This document shows, in pieces, positions 1 through 13,129 of a stretch of DNA of 64,000 nucleotides (its first letter is position 1; every line of letters begins with the position of its first letter). The notes under the pieces were generated by a model, which saw nothing but the letters and a program-made list of their open reading frames with translations, made no database searches and had not been told where the DNA came from. Where the stretch lies: contig CM114271.1 of the NCBI GenBank assembly GCA_050084515.1, positions 46,996,001 through 47,060,000 of the forward strand. Reading direction: 5' to 3'. Origin of the DNA: Blasia pusilla. Its lineage: Eukaryota. The translations under genes were made by a program, and so were the position numbers.

Positions 1-149
1 TAGAAGATAAATAATCATCCCATTTTCTCATCAATATTTGACAATTGATATGTCCTCTTCATGCCATATTATTTTCTAAACCACAAACATATCCCCAAAT
101 GCATATGTATCCAATAATGGCATAGTCAAATGATTTATGATCAAGGCTA

Positions 150-1100
150 AACTTCCCAACCTTATGTGCTTTTGCCAAAAGTTTTTCCATTTCATTGCAT
201 CTTGATGACCACAAGTTATAAAACAAAATTCCAAATCTATTTATTTAAAAAAAAAAACCAACACGTTGCTATCATAGGTATTTATCTAGGAATCCATATG
301 AACAAGAAAAATCTTATAATTGGTGTAGAGTGTTCTCATTGAAATTAGGGCTTAAATCCATATAAGCCATTCATTTTAATAATTTCTTGTATTTTTTCAA
401 TGAGCATAGACGCTTATTGGTTGTTGTAATTTTAGCCAAATCTTACATGACATTACCATTTCTCAAAAAACCAATTGTTGTCCATATTACAAGTCCATGT
501 TAAACCACTTGATTCCCATGAAAAGATCAATGTAAAGATTTGTTCTTTTGTAAGCACAAAGTACTAAGATCTAGGTATCAACTTAGCACATAGCTTTTTC
601 AACCCTATATGGTCTCCTACTTATTCTTGGATTTCACTCAAACTAATAGTTGAATCTTATTGCTATTATTCTCTTCAAATCTGAACGCTTTCAAAAATTG
701 AAAGTACTACTCTCAATTGTAACTATCCATGCACTAGATACTATCAAGTATGATCCATGATTGTTTCAGCCAACATGTATGCCCCGAGGTATGGCCACAT
801 CCTTCTTGGTTTGTTACGAAAATCAAATTGTAAAGATGTAGGTTAATAGCAAAGAGCAAAATCTCTAATGGAATATGGTTAGATAAGATTGGAGTGTTTC
901 TCGTTCATTTTCCTCCGGAGTTTAGATTGCTCAAGTTTTATGGATAAATTACTTATTGCAGATGTTATGGCTTGGTTTCATACCTTGGTGCATCATCCCC
1001 TATGTCTTGAATACAAATTGATACACATCCCTTGTATAGCAATGTCTATAATTTCAACTTTAAGGTAAACATGTTATATAAGGATTACATAACCTCAATA
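150..1100 (-). pseudogene. Highly decayed hAT-like transposase remnant
   Basis: Minus-strand fragments read C-I-N-L/(frameshift)I-Q-D-I-G near 995-1025, like the hAT CxxHxxNLxxxDIG motif. Weaker matches follow, with many stops. Boundaries approximate. Confidence 0.3.
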
Positions 1101-1364
1101 GAACTCCTAAGTCCAAATTATGGATTGGTTATTTACCAATCTACTGATGTTAGAAATATCCATAAAGCATCACAAGAAAACTAAAGTTAATGCATATTTT
1201 GCATTTCGATTAGTACAATAAAAATTAAGATGACTATTCTTCAAGACGTGTAATCTTCCCCATATATTCAACGACATCATTTCTTATATGTTCTATAATA
1301 GAATCATTTTACTCGTGGAACACAACCACGTGCATTGCCCATTCCTTAGTAATATAATGGCTTG

Positions 1365-2050
1365 TGTCACTTCTTTTAAGATAGATCACTGAGATCTAGT
1401 AGAGCGCCTTCGTGAGTAGTGGAGGACAGACTCAATAGGTGAAGGATGACTTGTTGAGGCCTCGGGAAACTTGAGAGAGCAGGTTTCCCCTTCATTTCGG
1501 CTCATTTGGAGCTATATTGTGAAACTTATTATTTTAGGTAAGTACCATTTTGAGCATATGTTTGATTTTCTATTTTTGGTAAGTGACCCTTGACCTCCTA
1601 CATCATGTCAAGAGCCAAGGAGGTGGCTTGGGAGCATATCTTACCATGGAGAGAGCTTGGGAGAGGGGAGGGGTATGCCTCAAGGAAAGAGAGTTTGAGA
1701 GCTCATTCTCTCTATGTCGAACCTCTTCGCATGAGGCTGCGGAGCTATGATCTTGCTTGCCTTGTGTGTGTAACCCAAGCCTCTCATTAGAAGAGTAGGT
1801 TTGGTTTGACATTGAGAGAGACATGTGCGAGTGCATACATGTGAGAACTATGGTGTTGTGAGATAAATTGGATCTTATTTTACAAAGAGATAATGAGCTC
1901 TCAAACTCTCTCTCCTTGAGGTATTGGAGATATTTTGGTACTTCTTGTCTCGTTGTTTGGATGCCATGAGTTAGCATGGGATCGTGCGGGTTTGTGTGTG
2001 TGTTCGTTGGCAGCCATGTATGTTGTGTAGCGATACGTATGCACATGACA
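1365..2050 (+). mobile_element. Non-coding A-B unit of the split-repeat Gypsy-like family (A 1365-1882, fold-back 1882-1922, B 1923-2050)
   Basis: TGTCAC...GCACATGACA ends with flanks CTTG/TTTG (4-bp TSD, 1 mismatch). Colinear with 29542-30394. Last ~128 bp match the B end of the element at 50923-51050. Confidence 0.85.
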
Positions 2051-2192
2051 TTTGTCATAAGATGCATGATTAACAAGTGAGACTGAAATCTTTCCTTCTT
2101 TGTTTCTTCATATATATGGATTTTACACTAGATTTAGATCCTTTATAGAGTATACACAATGTTATCTATTTTTAGATATTCATCCTAAAGAA

Positions 2193-3188
2193 TATCACAT
2201 CTTAGTTAACCATTGTGTAGAGTTCTATCGTATCAACGACGTAACAAGTTAGAAGGTCGTTCGAGCATATATTTATTTCGAGAAGTCTGTTATGCCCATA
2301 TACATTGTTGTCACCAAATATAATTCCATAAATAAAATATGTCATAATCACTCATGACATTTGAATAACAAAATAATTAAGTATAAAAATACCTCCAATA
2401 AATCAAAGATTACTCAAATCTCTCAAAAAATCTTCATCTCTCTCTCATGTCAAATCAAACTCATTCTCCTACTGAGAGGCTTGGATTACTTACAAGGCAA
2501 GGAGAACCATATCTCCGCCACCTCATGCCAAGAGGTTCAACAAACAGAGAATGAAATCAAAAGCTCTCTTTTATGGTATATACCTTCTCTTTCCCCCAAG
2601 CTCTCTCCACAATAACATGGGCTCGCAAGTTATCTCATTGGTTCTAGAACCACAATAGGGGGTCAAGGGTCACTTGTATAAGTAGTCAATTATGCTTATG
2701 TTAAAAACTTACCTCAAATGGTAGGTTCCTCAACATGAATCCAAATGAGCCAAAATAAATGAGAAACATATATCTCTCAAGGTATCATAGGCCTCAACAA
2801 GTCATCCTTGATCTCTTGAGCTTGTCCTTCAATCTCCTCGAAGGAAATCTACATATAGTTGTACATCCGTCTTAAAAGACATGACATCTCAGATGAAATT
2901 AGCGACTACTCGGTTGGATTAGGATTATCTTATAGTAAAATCCCTCTCTAGTGCTATTTGGGTTAGGTTATTAACATGTTGATCGATTCAAAAATCATCT
3001 GGTAAGTTGTGTGCGCACATTGCCAATATTGGGTTGTTTTAAGGGGAAGAGCCTTTTGGCTCTTCTTAGGGGTATATATGTGAGAGAGAGAAGGCTTCCA
3101 CAAGCCATTGTTATTATATTGAGCCTTTGTGAACATTCAGGCGTTTAGAATTTGTGTTTAGGGCGTAGCGATATGTATGTGTACAACA
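2193..3188 (+). mobile_element. Internally deleted unit of the same family (subfamily of 9521-11249), interrupted by a nested copy
   Basis: Starts TATCACATCTTAGTT (cf. TGTCACATCTTAGTT at 9521). Shares the TATA/GAGAGAGA/TTGAGCC block. Ends GTAGCGATATGTATGTGTACAACA. Flanks AGAA/ACAA. Confidence 0.7.
2288..2886 (-). mobile_element. Older A-B unit, inverted, nested in 2193-3188
   Basis: Reverse complement aligns with 1365-2050 (TGTCATGTCTTTTAAG...GGGCATAACA), with a direct A|B junction GATTTA|TTGGAG near 2400. Flanks AGTC/TCTC are each one change from the host sequence TGTC seen at the equivalent site near 9612. Confidence 0.75.
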
Positions 3189-4809
3189 ACAAAATCTACT
3201 GATCGATAATAAATCAAATGATAAGAATATATTATAGTAACAATCACAATAAGAATAGGAAATTTTAGCTAAGACATAAATATCCTCATTACAAAAGAAT
3301 CCATGCCTAAGATGAAGAGAAACAGTCATATTAAAAGAGATGGTAACTCATTGTTCTATTAAGGGCGTTACTACACTTTGAGGACTAATGAAAGAGTATC
3401 ATTTGTGAATTTTGGCCTTGAAATCAGTTGATGATGCTCTTTTTTAAAACTCTTACCCTACATGAAGTTGAAATGTAGAATGAGGGGAAGGCTTTAATAT
3501 TTAGTTATTTTTAAAATTTTCATAAGAGTAATTCATTAAATTTTTTTAAAAATCCCAAATAAACATTTAAAGTCTTCCTCATGTTTTCGTCTTTCTCATT
3601 TAAAAATAAAATTCAATTTTTAGAAAGTTTTATGCCATATTTTATATTATAAAAATTAGTTCTCACATTTAGTTTGGAGGGAAATTTTATTCATATATTG
3701 GGAAAAAATGAAAAAGGATAATATAATCATGTTGGAACAAAAATTATTCTTCAAAATAATAAAATAAAGTTTATTTATACAATAATTGTAATCTTTGAGC
3801 TCGGTTGGGAGAAAATGTTGATCTCTATTTTGGGTTTTTTTCCAAAATTAATGATTTTATTTTATTACTTGAAAGATGAAGATTGGAAAAGGAATATTTT
3901 TTTTCTTTAATTACTGCATTTATTCGCGACATGCTAAATGTTAACCCACTTTACGTACAGTTCATGTCTCTGATTGATTCCACGTTAGGTATCGAGATCA
4001 AGTACAATGGTTTTCACAGTGGGATTTTCTAGGTTGATTCCCTTATGAATTGCCCGTTTATTGGGTGGAACTTTGGGTATCCACAACCGACAGATCCCGA
4101 CTTTTTATATCAAAAAGTGAACCTAAGAGTCAACGAGCTCTACTCACAATATATTTTGTTGATTGAACTACCTAACCCAACGTGTGGTCTTGTAATCTTT
4201 CCTGCATGCTCTATTGAATCAAATTTTAGGGCATCGTGAGAGAGAGGGCAAGTAACCCATAGTATGAATGTCGATCCTTACAATACATAACTTAATGTTT
4301 TGCACGTTGTCAAGTATTTACTATCCGTAAAAAAAAAAGGCAATCATTCGACATCTTTCATAACTAGAGTGTATTCCTAAGAGAGTCCGCGCATGCCAAG
4401 GAAATTTTTCTTTGTGATAAAAATGGTATATCGGTAGACACGATTCTCACTAATGAAACAGGGATATTCCCATTTTTGTTCCAGTATCCTAAGGGTTACT
4501 TCACTGGCCATTGCTCATTTGTTGGTTTTCTTCACATCTAAGCGAAACAAATTTTTAGGGTATTCACACTATATAAGTCGTATTTACTTATCAAGCACTA
4601 GCCACAATAATCCATTTCCTTGGCATCTAGTAGCCCCTCATATATATTATACAAGGAACTAGATCAACTAAAGTGAAAATACCCAAGCCTTCTTAACCAA
4701 GAACTTTATTTGCACTTATCAAAATACAACGTTAGTGCAAAAATTCCAAGGAGCCCAGGCTGGCATGGTCGACACTTGAAAGACCTAAAAAAATGGTTTA
4801 AAAGTGGGG

Positions 4810-7300
4810 TATGCCCTTTTTTTTAACACTTACGTCTAAGGAGGTGTCTGATACAAAATTGACTGCGATCATAGATATTGAAGATATTGTGAGAAGGATT
4901 AACCCAATGTTTCATGGTGCGATGCACTTGAAGAGTGTGTTTTTATTTATTTCACACTAGGCTAATAAAAATTAGTCATAGTTATATTCTAGGTGGGCCC
5001 TGCATTCTCAAGAGTGTGCAAAACTACTTAATCAGGTATGAGTTACATGGTAGGGGAAGCCTACATTCACACATTATATTGTGCGTTGACAAAAAAGATA
5101 TTAAGCGGGTCACCTCCAAGATATGTTGCTACATACCTCATGTGAACTCCTATGGGACCAGTCAGCCTAATCAATGTATCATAGCCAATAAGTTGCACCA
5201 GTATGTGGCGAATAAGTAGTTACATACATGTAGGCAAGGTGCCTACGTCATTAATGCGACAAAGGATCATGGGCCATATTGTCGTATGGGCTTCCTTGTT
5301 GCTAAAAATGTTCAACTAGAGCTCTAATTGACCCAAAAACTTTGAAAAGGACCTACTACAAACCTAGAAAGGAACATCGTAATGTTATACCATATATGCC
5401 ATCCAGCCATTTTGTTGTTGTGGGGAGCCCACATGAATTTGCAACGCGTAACGAATGTACTGTGGTCATTTCATCTCCTCAAATACGCTCTGAAGTGTGA
5501 GGCTTAGGTGCCCATAACATTACTACCAAATGTGAGAAATGTTTGGGCCTTCAAGGTTTAGATGAAACGAGATTATGACTAGTATCTTGTCTTGTGTTGA
5601 ATAGACCAGTTTCATCTACCAAGGCAACGCTTACAGCCCTAAAGATTCTTGTTATACATAGATCATAAGGCGTTGAGTATATAGATTCCAGCCCACCCCA
5701 TAGGCAAACTACATTGTATAGGAATCCAATAACAATATGCATACACCCAACGACATTGTACTGCCATCGCCTTGAATGTTTATCTGATATGACATTCATT
5801 CACTTAGTTTACATGACAGATAGACTTTTCCGCTTCACGGAGTACCTCCGTTACATCACTGGAGTGAAATTTTTTATACCCCGCTTTTGGCCAACATATC
5901 GTTCACGTCTGACTGAATTTGAGGTGTTGAGTATGTCATCGCCCATGTGGACTTCTCTACACGAATGTATATTCAAAGGGATATTCAAGGGTATCTCTTG
6001 TATCATAGATGAGATACATAAACATGATGTAGCTAACTTTTGGAGTGAGGTCCACGCTAGTGAAATCATATCTAAAATTGAGTCTAAAACACTTGTTATA
6101 TGTTATCAATTCATACCTTGAATTCCACTTGTCTCCGTAATCATTTTCTGATCATGGTAATTATACTTATCTCCCAGACATTTCCGCTAATTCAATCACT
6201 TAGCCAAACTTTCTAGTTCACACACAAAATCCAGAACATGCGCAACCGTATGAGAAGGTTAAGGTGTTGTGGTTTGGATTAGTATTCATTATTGGCCCAC
6301 CAAGATGTAGTAAAACATACTTTATTCATTTCAGGCAAGCATCGTCAAGCAAAGGTATTCCTACACTTTTATCCTCCACCATTGGGATTGCTTCCATTCG
6401 ACTACATAACACTACTATGACTGTCCACTCATCACTTAGAATACCGCTAAGGGGCAAATTTTCTTCCATGCATACATTGTCCGATCAAAAAATACGATGG
6501 AGGAATGCTAGGATTATTGATATTGATGAGTGCTCCATGCTCACGCCCCGTTTGCTGCAAATAATCATTATGAGACTACATCAAGTGAGTCCATCGGAAA
6601 GCTTGAGTGCCTTCTCCACTAAGCTTGTAATTTTTTTTGGGTGATCTATGTTAACTACCTTCTGTGTATAGACACAACATAGTGTCATTTGGCACATTAT
6701 GTCACATCTCTTCATCACCATTCCATGCCAATGCTAATATGTACGACCTATGCATCCCAATGAGATATAATGGTAATCACGATTTCTGAGTTTTTTTTTT
6801 AATGAGATCAGGGTTAGGTGCCCTACGCAAGATCAACTTCACAAGTGTCTTTACTGTTGTTTTATTGACCCTCTTGATTACATAAATGAAGAAACCCAAA
6901 TCATATGTATGCATTGTGTTGATGTCCAAGTATTCAATCTTGTCGTATTACAGAGGGTATTTGGTGCGGTTGAGATCTTTCGGGTATGTACGCATATCCA
7001 CATATGCTCATGCTTACCCCGTAGTTTAATGAGTCAGTTTGTGATGAGCAATTACATCAACTGCAGTCCATTTTGAGAATCAGTAGAACAAAATTTTCCA
7101 ACCTCTAGCATGAGCCTGATAAAAAATTATCACAAGCATACATTCTCTCTTGTGTTGGGTATGCAATGAAAGCCCACAAAAGTCAAGTCCTCACTGTTGA
7201 GGATAAGTGTTTATTGAACATAAGGTCAGTCTTTGCTCGGCCTTGTGTATGTGATATTTTCTCGGGTAAGAGATAGGTCAAAGCTACGAATTCATGGAAA
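4810..7300 (+). mobile_element. Decayed Helitron/Helentron-type Rep-helicase
   Basis: Motifs in the expected order: PFFLTLT (~4815); RYELHGRGSLHSHIIL (HUH motif, ORF 4935); LLWGAHMNLQ...LLKYALK (~5410-5495); GPPRCSKT, TVHS, IDECSM (PIF1 helicase, ORF 6264); GYAMKAHKSQ (~7160). Frameshifts and stops throughout. Confidence 0.85.
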
Positions 7301-9520
7301 TTAATCTGGTCCTTGTAGATTTCTACGTGTTTGGACATGAGACGTAACAGTGCTCAAATAAGTGAGTTTCATAGAAATGGCAAGTAGTGATGGCTCATTC
7401 AAAGGGCGTGGAAGGAGGTCAACAATACTAGGCACATCATTCCAGATACAGCTGCATTGCCATTCATCTTGCCCTAGTCAAATCCAATTTTGGTGAGGTT
7501 TTGGTGTAAAATTTGCATAGACGTGTAATAGTACCAAAGGCTCTATGCCAGTATGACAACCAAGGCTAGCATACTACTCAAGTTTGTAAGTAGTCTTTTA
7601 TAACAAGTGCTGCTTATCTAAAAGGTTCATGATAGTGAACTAACATGCAGTCTTTAGGTATCGGAGTCCTATATAGACTTTGCAAAGATGATTCTGGATG
7701 ATATGCCTAGCCTTCCGGACAAGCCAAGTATGTATCCGTATCGTTTTTCCTACCAACACAAAATTTAGGTATGAAAATAGCCTATGGTTGGATCCGTCCC
7801 ATTGGTACAACAATATTACAAGTTGACAAGTGAGCCGGATGATTGACGAATGCAAATCTCGGGCAACTTCTTTCAAGGAGTTGAGAACAAAGCCACTTGC
7901 AACAGATATTCACTTGTTGATCCCCGTTAGTTGTTCACCTATTCAACATTTTACAAATTGTTATTGTCATATGTTGTTTTACTACTTCTAGGCATAAGGT
8001 AATTGGTATATATTTCTTCGTAGGAATTCACTAGGAGATTATGAGTTACAAGATTGTTGAGTGTAATGAAGCTAAGCTCATACGTCAACAAGTTGCCATA
8101 CGCTACTCAAGATTAACAAGCAGCATAAAAACTGATCATTTTCAAGAGCTACTCGTGATCATGAAACTTCCTATTAACATGTTGATGAACTTATCATCTC
8201 CAAAAGCAACTCGCCAGCTTGAACAAATGAAGAGTGTATGAGAAGTTGCTGCAATTTCTAACGCACATATAAACGTTATTCATATTTATGATGAACAATT
8301 AGGCCCTTCTAAGCAGTATATCGAGAGTGTTACACTTGCCTAGGGTTCCCCGATTCTCACTCGTACAATGATGTCACTATCTACCAGGGACCAAGGCTAC
8401 CTTAGTCACCTAACAAAATAAATTGTACTTAGCACTAACAAGCGGCTATGTAAGTCCGATGTTCAATATAACATATATTTAAGCTTTTTGATTTCTTGTG
8501 TTTTTTGACATGATGTTCTATTGTGCCCCTGTTTTGAATCTAGTACTTGTTTCCATGACCAAGTTATACACGACATTAATCCTTATTACGTTTTGGGAAA
8601 AGCCACTTCCATATTCCACCTACATGCATCGGTTATACTAGCCAATGCGGTCCTATTGAGAAGGCATTTTGTTTCTGCTAAGGATGCTCTAGAGTTCTCA
8701 AGCATACTGACTCGCTGCATCCAGCCCACTTCTTGTACCATGTGCACGAACTTGTATGTTTTGTTCAAGTACACAAATATTGAGTTACAGTGCTATTGAA
8801 CTATATTCGGCTCCAATATATACATGTTATTTACTATAAATTGTCTTTATATATATTTTACACAGTTATACCCTTGCTATATGTGTGTGTCCATATGGAT
8901 CGTTGAGTTCTTTAGAATCATCTTACTTGGTTTATTTACTAGGGATTATGATATCAAGTTGTGCACTTTTTGGTTGCATTGCTCTCCGTGATCTACACTC
9001 TGATTTTCTACTATTAAAGTTTACATATGATCACAAGGTATCATTTTTTGTCCAATCTCTTTTCCAATTTCGCCCGACCCCCAACTATCTAGAGTTCCAC
9101 ATATTGCACATTTCACTAGCTTAAACCAGTCCCAGTGCTTTTAAATAGTGTTGTATGTCTATGTGTTGATGTCCCTTCCTGCAAGACATGGCTTCATTTG
9201 GCGCATCAATCGATGATAGCTACTATACTCCTATTTCATATAGCCTTACCAGTGGTACCAAGTGACAAAGGAGGCGCTCTTTGCCTATCACAAGGTGAAA
9301 CTACAAAGTGTGGGAGATCCAATATACTCTAGTGACACTGTCCCAACCACGCTATTTGATGAAGTGCTTAAAAATATGGGAATCGTTCAAGATCGTCTGG
9401 ATGATAGTGAGCGTGGCAATTATATTTTACGTAGGGTGGTGCGATCGATTACTAAAAAATAGGATTAGAACTTTGACATAATTCTTACTCTCAAGAAAAA
9501 GTCCAAAATACTCTTGATAA

Positions 9521-11249
9521 TGTCACATCTTAGTTTGATGTAGGTAGAGTTCTATCGCATTTGACAGCATAGAGAGTCGGCGGGATATTCGGGTGTAACT
9601 TCATCCCGAGATGTCGGATGAGGTTGGCGACATGTCCTTTGTGTCGGGAACGTCGTTTATGGTGATTTTCTTATTTTGGTTTTAGTTCATCAGGTAACCC
9701 GTTGACCAGGTCAACAATCACCCAATAACCTGTGCACGCAGGTTACTGTTGGGAGGGCTATTTTTGGGGGAAGAGCTTTTTGGCTCTTCCCAAGGATATA
9801 AGAGTGAGAGAGATGGCTTTCTCAAGCTATCTTTCTCATGTTGAGCCTTAGGAGCGCCTCTCTTATATAGACGTATGTGGATGTGTAGGAGTTAGGGTGC
9901 TTGTGTCCGGATTCCCTCATAGCAGAGGGTGAATGTGGTTCGATATGTCGATGTAGATTCATGAGTGGAGTTTTATGCGGGGTGAGCCGTTTTTACTACT
10001 CTTGATTTTACATGGGAAAGATAAATCATAGCAAGTGTGGTGTCTGAGGATTCCCTCATAGAAGAGGATGGATGAGGCTCGATATTCAGAGGTAGTTGAG
10101 GAGGTGGTGGACTTGCCCTCAGAGCAGGTGCTCGGGATGTTCCCCACTGAGGCATGGCATGGTGCGGCAGCGAAGTTGGTAGATATGCCAGCTAGGCCAG
10201 CAAAAGAGGGAGCTATGATCACACCAGGTGTGATGTTGTTGGATAACCAAGCGAGAGTGTTTTGCTTGGTTAGTCCCACAGGTACGGTATACCACCGTAG
10301 CACGTCCTACTTGATTCGGGAGCCCAGCCCTTGATGTTAGGGAAGGCGGGATGTTTGGCGTTGGGTTTATGGAAAGGCGACAGCGAGCGTTGTCCCTTTT
10401 AGATACAGACCTGTATTGGGGGCGTATCACCCACGTAGTACATGACTCCACAGGAGTTGGTGGTTAGACTCCAGCCTGAGCATGAGTCGGATAGTGCGAT
10501 GGTGCGCACTCGAGCGATTATGACACCGACAGAGTCGTATGATATGTTAGTAGGGAGTACGGTGTTGTACCCTCTAGGTTTCATTCTAGATTTTTGGGAG
10601 GAGACAGTTTCATATCGACCAAGGTGGCAATCAAGTGATGGATGGGTGAGCCATCTACCGGTGCAGTTTGCAGGAATTAGTGGTGGTCAACCGCGTGAGG
10701 ATACGGTGACCACGTAGGCAACATTCACATGTGGCGTTCGTTGATCAAGAGGGTTTGGGGAGAGGAGTACACATGCGGAGGACATTTCTGTAGCGGACAG
10801 TCCCATTGAGAGACATGTCAGAGTGGGTGTCTCTTCCCATGGTGCAGAGCTTCTTTATTATTGTTGGGGACGAGCGTTGAGATGCATGGGGTGCAGACGA
10901 GCTCATGAGGCAGGCATGGAGCCGTGTCTATGTTTGGAGCAGGGTACGAGAGTGTTAGATCTCTTCGGAGGGATCAACACTACGGATTGCTGCAGTGTGG
11001 CAATGTTGCTGGGATGACGGCACCGATGGTGCTAGATGTGTGTAGGATAGGAGATCTTGTTGGGTATATATGTGTGTGATATCTGGAGTTATGGGACCCA
11101 ACTACAAGCTAGGGGGGCGGTTTTGGGGTCCTAGTGTATGTGCGTGAGTATGTTTCATTTATGTGTGGATATACCCGTATGTTGGGGAAGATCGGTGTTG
11201 TGTGGTGACCAGTGATGTGGATTGTGTAGCGATGTGTATGCGCACAAAA
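9521..11249 (+). mobile_element. Deleted A-internal-B copy of the DNMT-bearing Gypsy-like family
   Basis: TGTCAC start and CGCACAAAA end (consensus CGCACGACA), perfect ATAA TSD. A 9521-10010, self-complementary PBS 10010-10023, protease fragment, DNMT motif I, TAGGGGGGCG tract 11110-11119, then B. Confidence 0.85.
10068..10990 (+). pseudogene. Fragment of pol: aspartic protease region plus start of DNMT domain
   Basis: ORFs 10068-10334 and 10442-10717 align with ORF 55475-56641 (TPGVMLLDNQ; ESYDMLVGSTVLYPLGF.LDFWE). RVLDLFGGI near 10950-10975. Confidence 0.8.
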
Positions 11250-11714
11250 ATAAGTTACATGCATTTGAGAAGCATTGTGTACACAACTACTCGCCTGATT
11301 TGGAGTTACATGACCAGATTCATGCACTCAAACTTTTGTGCGCTATAAAGTAGATCCTTCTAACCAACAACATATATTGTTTAGGTCATAGGATTTGCGA
11401 TACACCTTAGTCCGGTCCATCGTTTCCAATTCAGATAATATTGCACATATTTGTACCATGTCTTATTATAGGTGTTTATTGTGTATTCTACCTTTGTGCT
11501 TAAGTATAGTCTTTGCTGGTCGATGTAAAAAAATTTCGGCCATTTTTACCATTGGCAAGCACCAACATGTACATTTTGAAGTAACTAGATTTTTTGGCAA
11601 CTTATGCTTCACGTTGTAGGTTAACAATGATTGAATAAAAGAGCAAGACGAAAAATGTGATTGAGATGCTCTGTTCAAATTTCTTCCAACTCAAAACTAC
11701 ATATTGCACGTTTA

Positions 11715-12150
11715 AATTTTGCATCATATTATACTTTAATAATATGAAGTTGATGCTAATATTGTACATTACAGCCAACACCTTCATATAATCATATTGT
11801 CTGCATTTCTCTGATGAGTTATTATTCTTATACATCTTCATTTCTCGCTATCTATTCAACACCCATGCCGATAAATTGCATCCTTTCCACATTATACAGC
11901 CTTTACACAGTAGGAAATGCCACCCATGCATCTCACCACTAAATATTGTTTTAATTTGCATCACATTATGCTTTGTTAATATGGAGTTGATGTTAATATG
12001 GTATGTTACTTCATTTTGTTTGCATTTCTCTGATGTGTTCTTATTTTGATAAATCTCATTTCTCGCTATCCACTCAACACCCCTGGCGATAAATTGCATC
12101 CTTTCCACATTACACAACCTTTCTATGGTGGGAAGCGCCACACATGCATT
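11715..12150. repeat. Two diverged tandem copies of a ~220-240 bp unit
   Basis: TGCATTTCTCTGATG...GATAAATTGCATCCTTTCCACATTA occurs at ~11802-11895 and again at ~12021-12112. Confidence 0.75.
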
Positions 12151-13129
12151 TCACCACGGACTATTGCCCAATAACGTCATTTCAGCTGGTCTTTTATCGT
12201 TCCTCTTTCAACATCTTGCTAATAGTTCTGGGTACGACGATAGATGTAATCCTACATATTGCTGTTGTTTGGAGGCAACTCATCACAACAATCCCGCTTG
12301 CTACATTTTTTACCAGTTCAAACGCTCATCCTTCCAATCCTTGTAGTAAATGACATTGCAGAAAATATAAGTCTATCAACACCATTCAATTCATGCCCTA
12401 ACACCCTCAATTACCTCAACTTTAGGGACTTTTGTTAGCACCTTTGCGCAAATTTCCGTCCCTATTAAGCAACAATAAACTGATTTTTTTTCCGTACTTC
12501 TTACCGCATGGAAAAAAGTGCAAATTTTCCCAAAATTTACCTCACTTATCTTATATTCCCCATGGCGAGGTTCATTGCAACGTTATACGCCACTTGTGCT
12601 AGGGGCCGCATACTTGTTAACTTATCTTGGTTGAGATAATTGTGCTTCACTAACTACCCTAGACTTACTTTGTATGCATGTTTGCATAAAAATGCACAAG
12701 TCCGTCCCTAAGATGGACATGGATAGACAAGTCTAGACATGTCCACCGACATGGATTGTAAGAAGTGCACTTTTGAGTGTTGGATTCAAAATATACTTGC
12801 ACCAACTAGGCAGCCGTGTTCCAATCACGATGGATCACCTTCTTGTGCGCCCCATCGGCCTCTGCCCACGTCACACCTTCGTATCATATTCTATTATTTT
12901 GTTTCTCTTGCAGTCATTACGACTTTTGCCCATTTCTTTGGTTTTATTTGTTCATTTTGAAGTTTTAATTACATTGTTAACTTAAAGAAGTGCAAATGAA
13001 CCTAAATATTCATTCAAAGAAGCCAAGTTCCACCTCAACCCTCCTCGTCCTACCTCATCCCTCCTTTGGCTTCCTCTCACACCTCAATGCAAGGAGAAGG
13101 GTTTCTCTAACCATATCCTCTAATCCATA

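Noticed and set aside
2047-2058. GACA-TT-TGTCAT resembling a B|A junction
   Set aside because: The following sequence does not match A. It is explained by the TSD plus host flank.
1603-2076. 157-aa ORF and similar short ORFs in the A/B repeats (18924, 19180, 28087, 28337, 29705)
   Set aside because: They lie in non-coding terminal repeats, are not conserved in frame between copies, and have no domain motifs.
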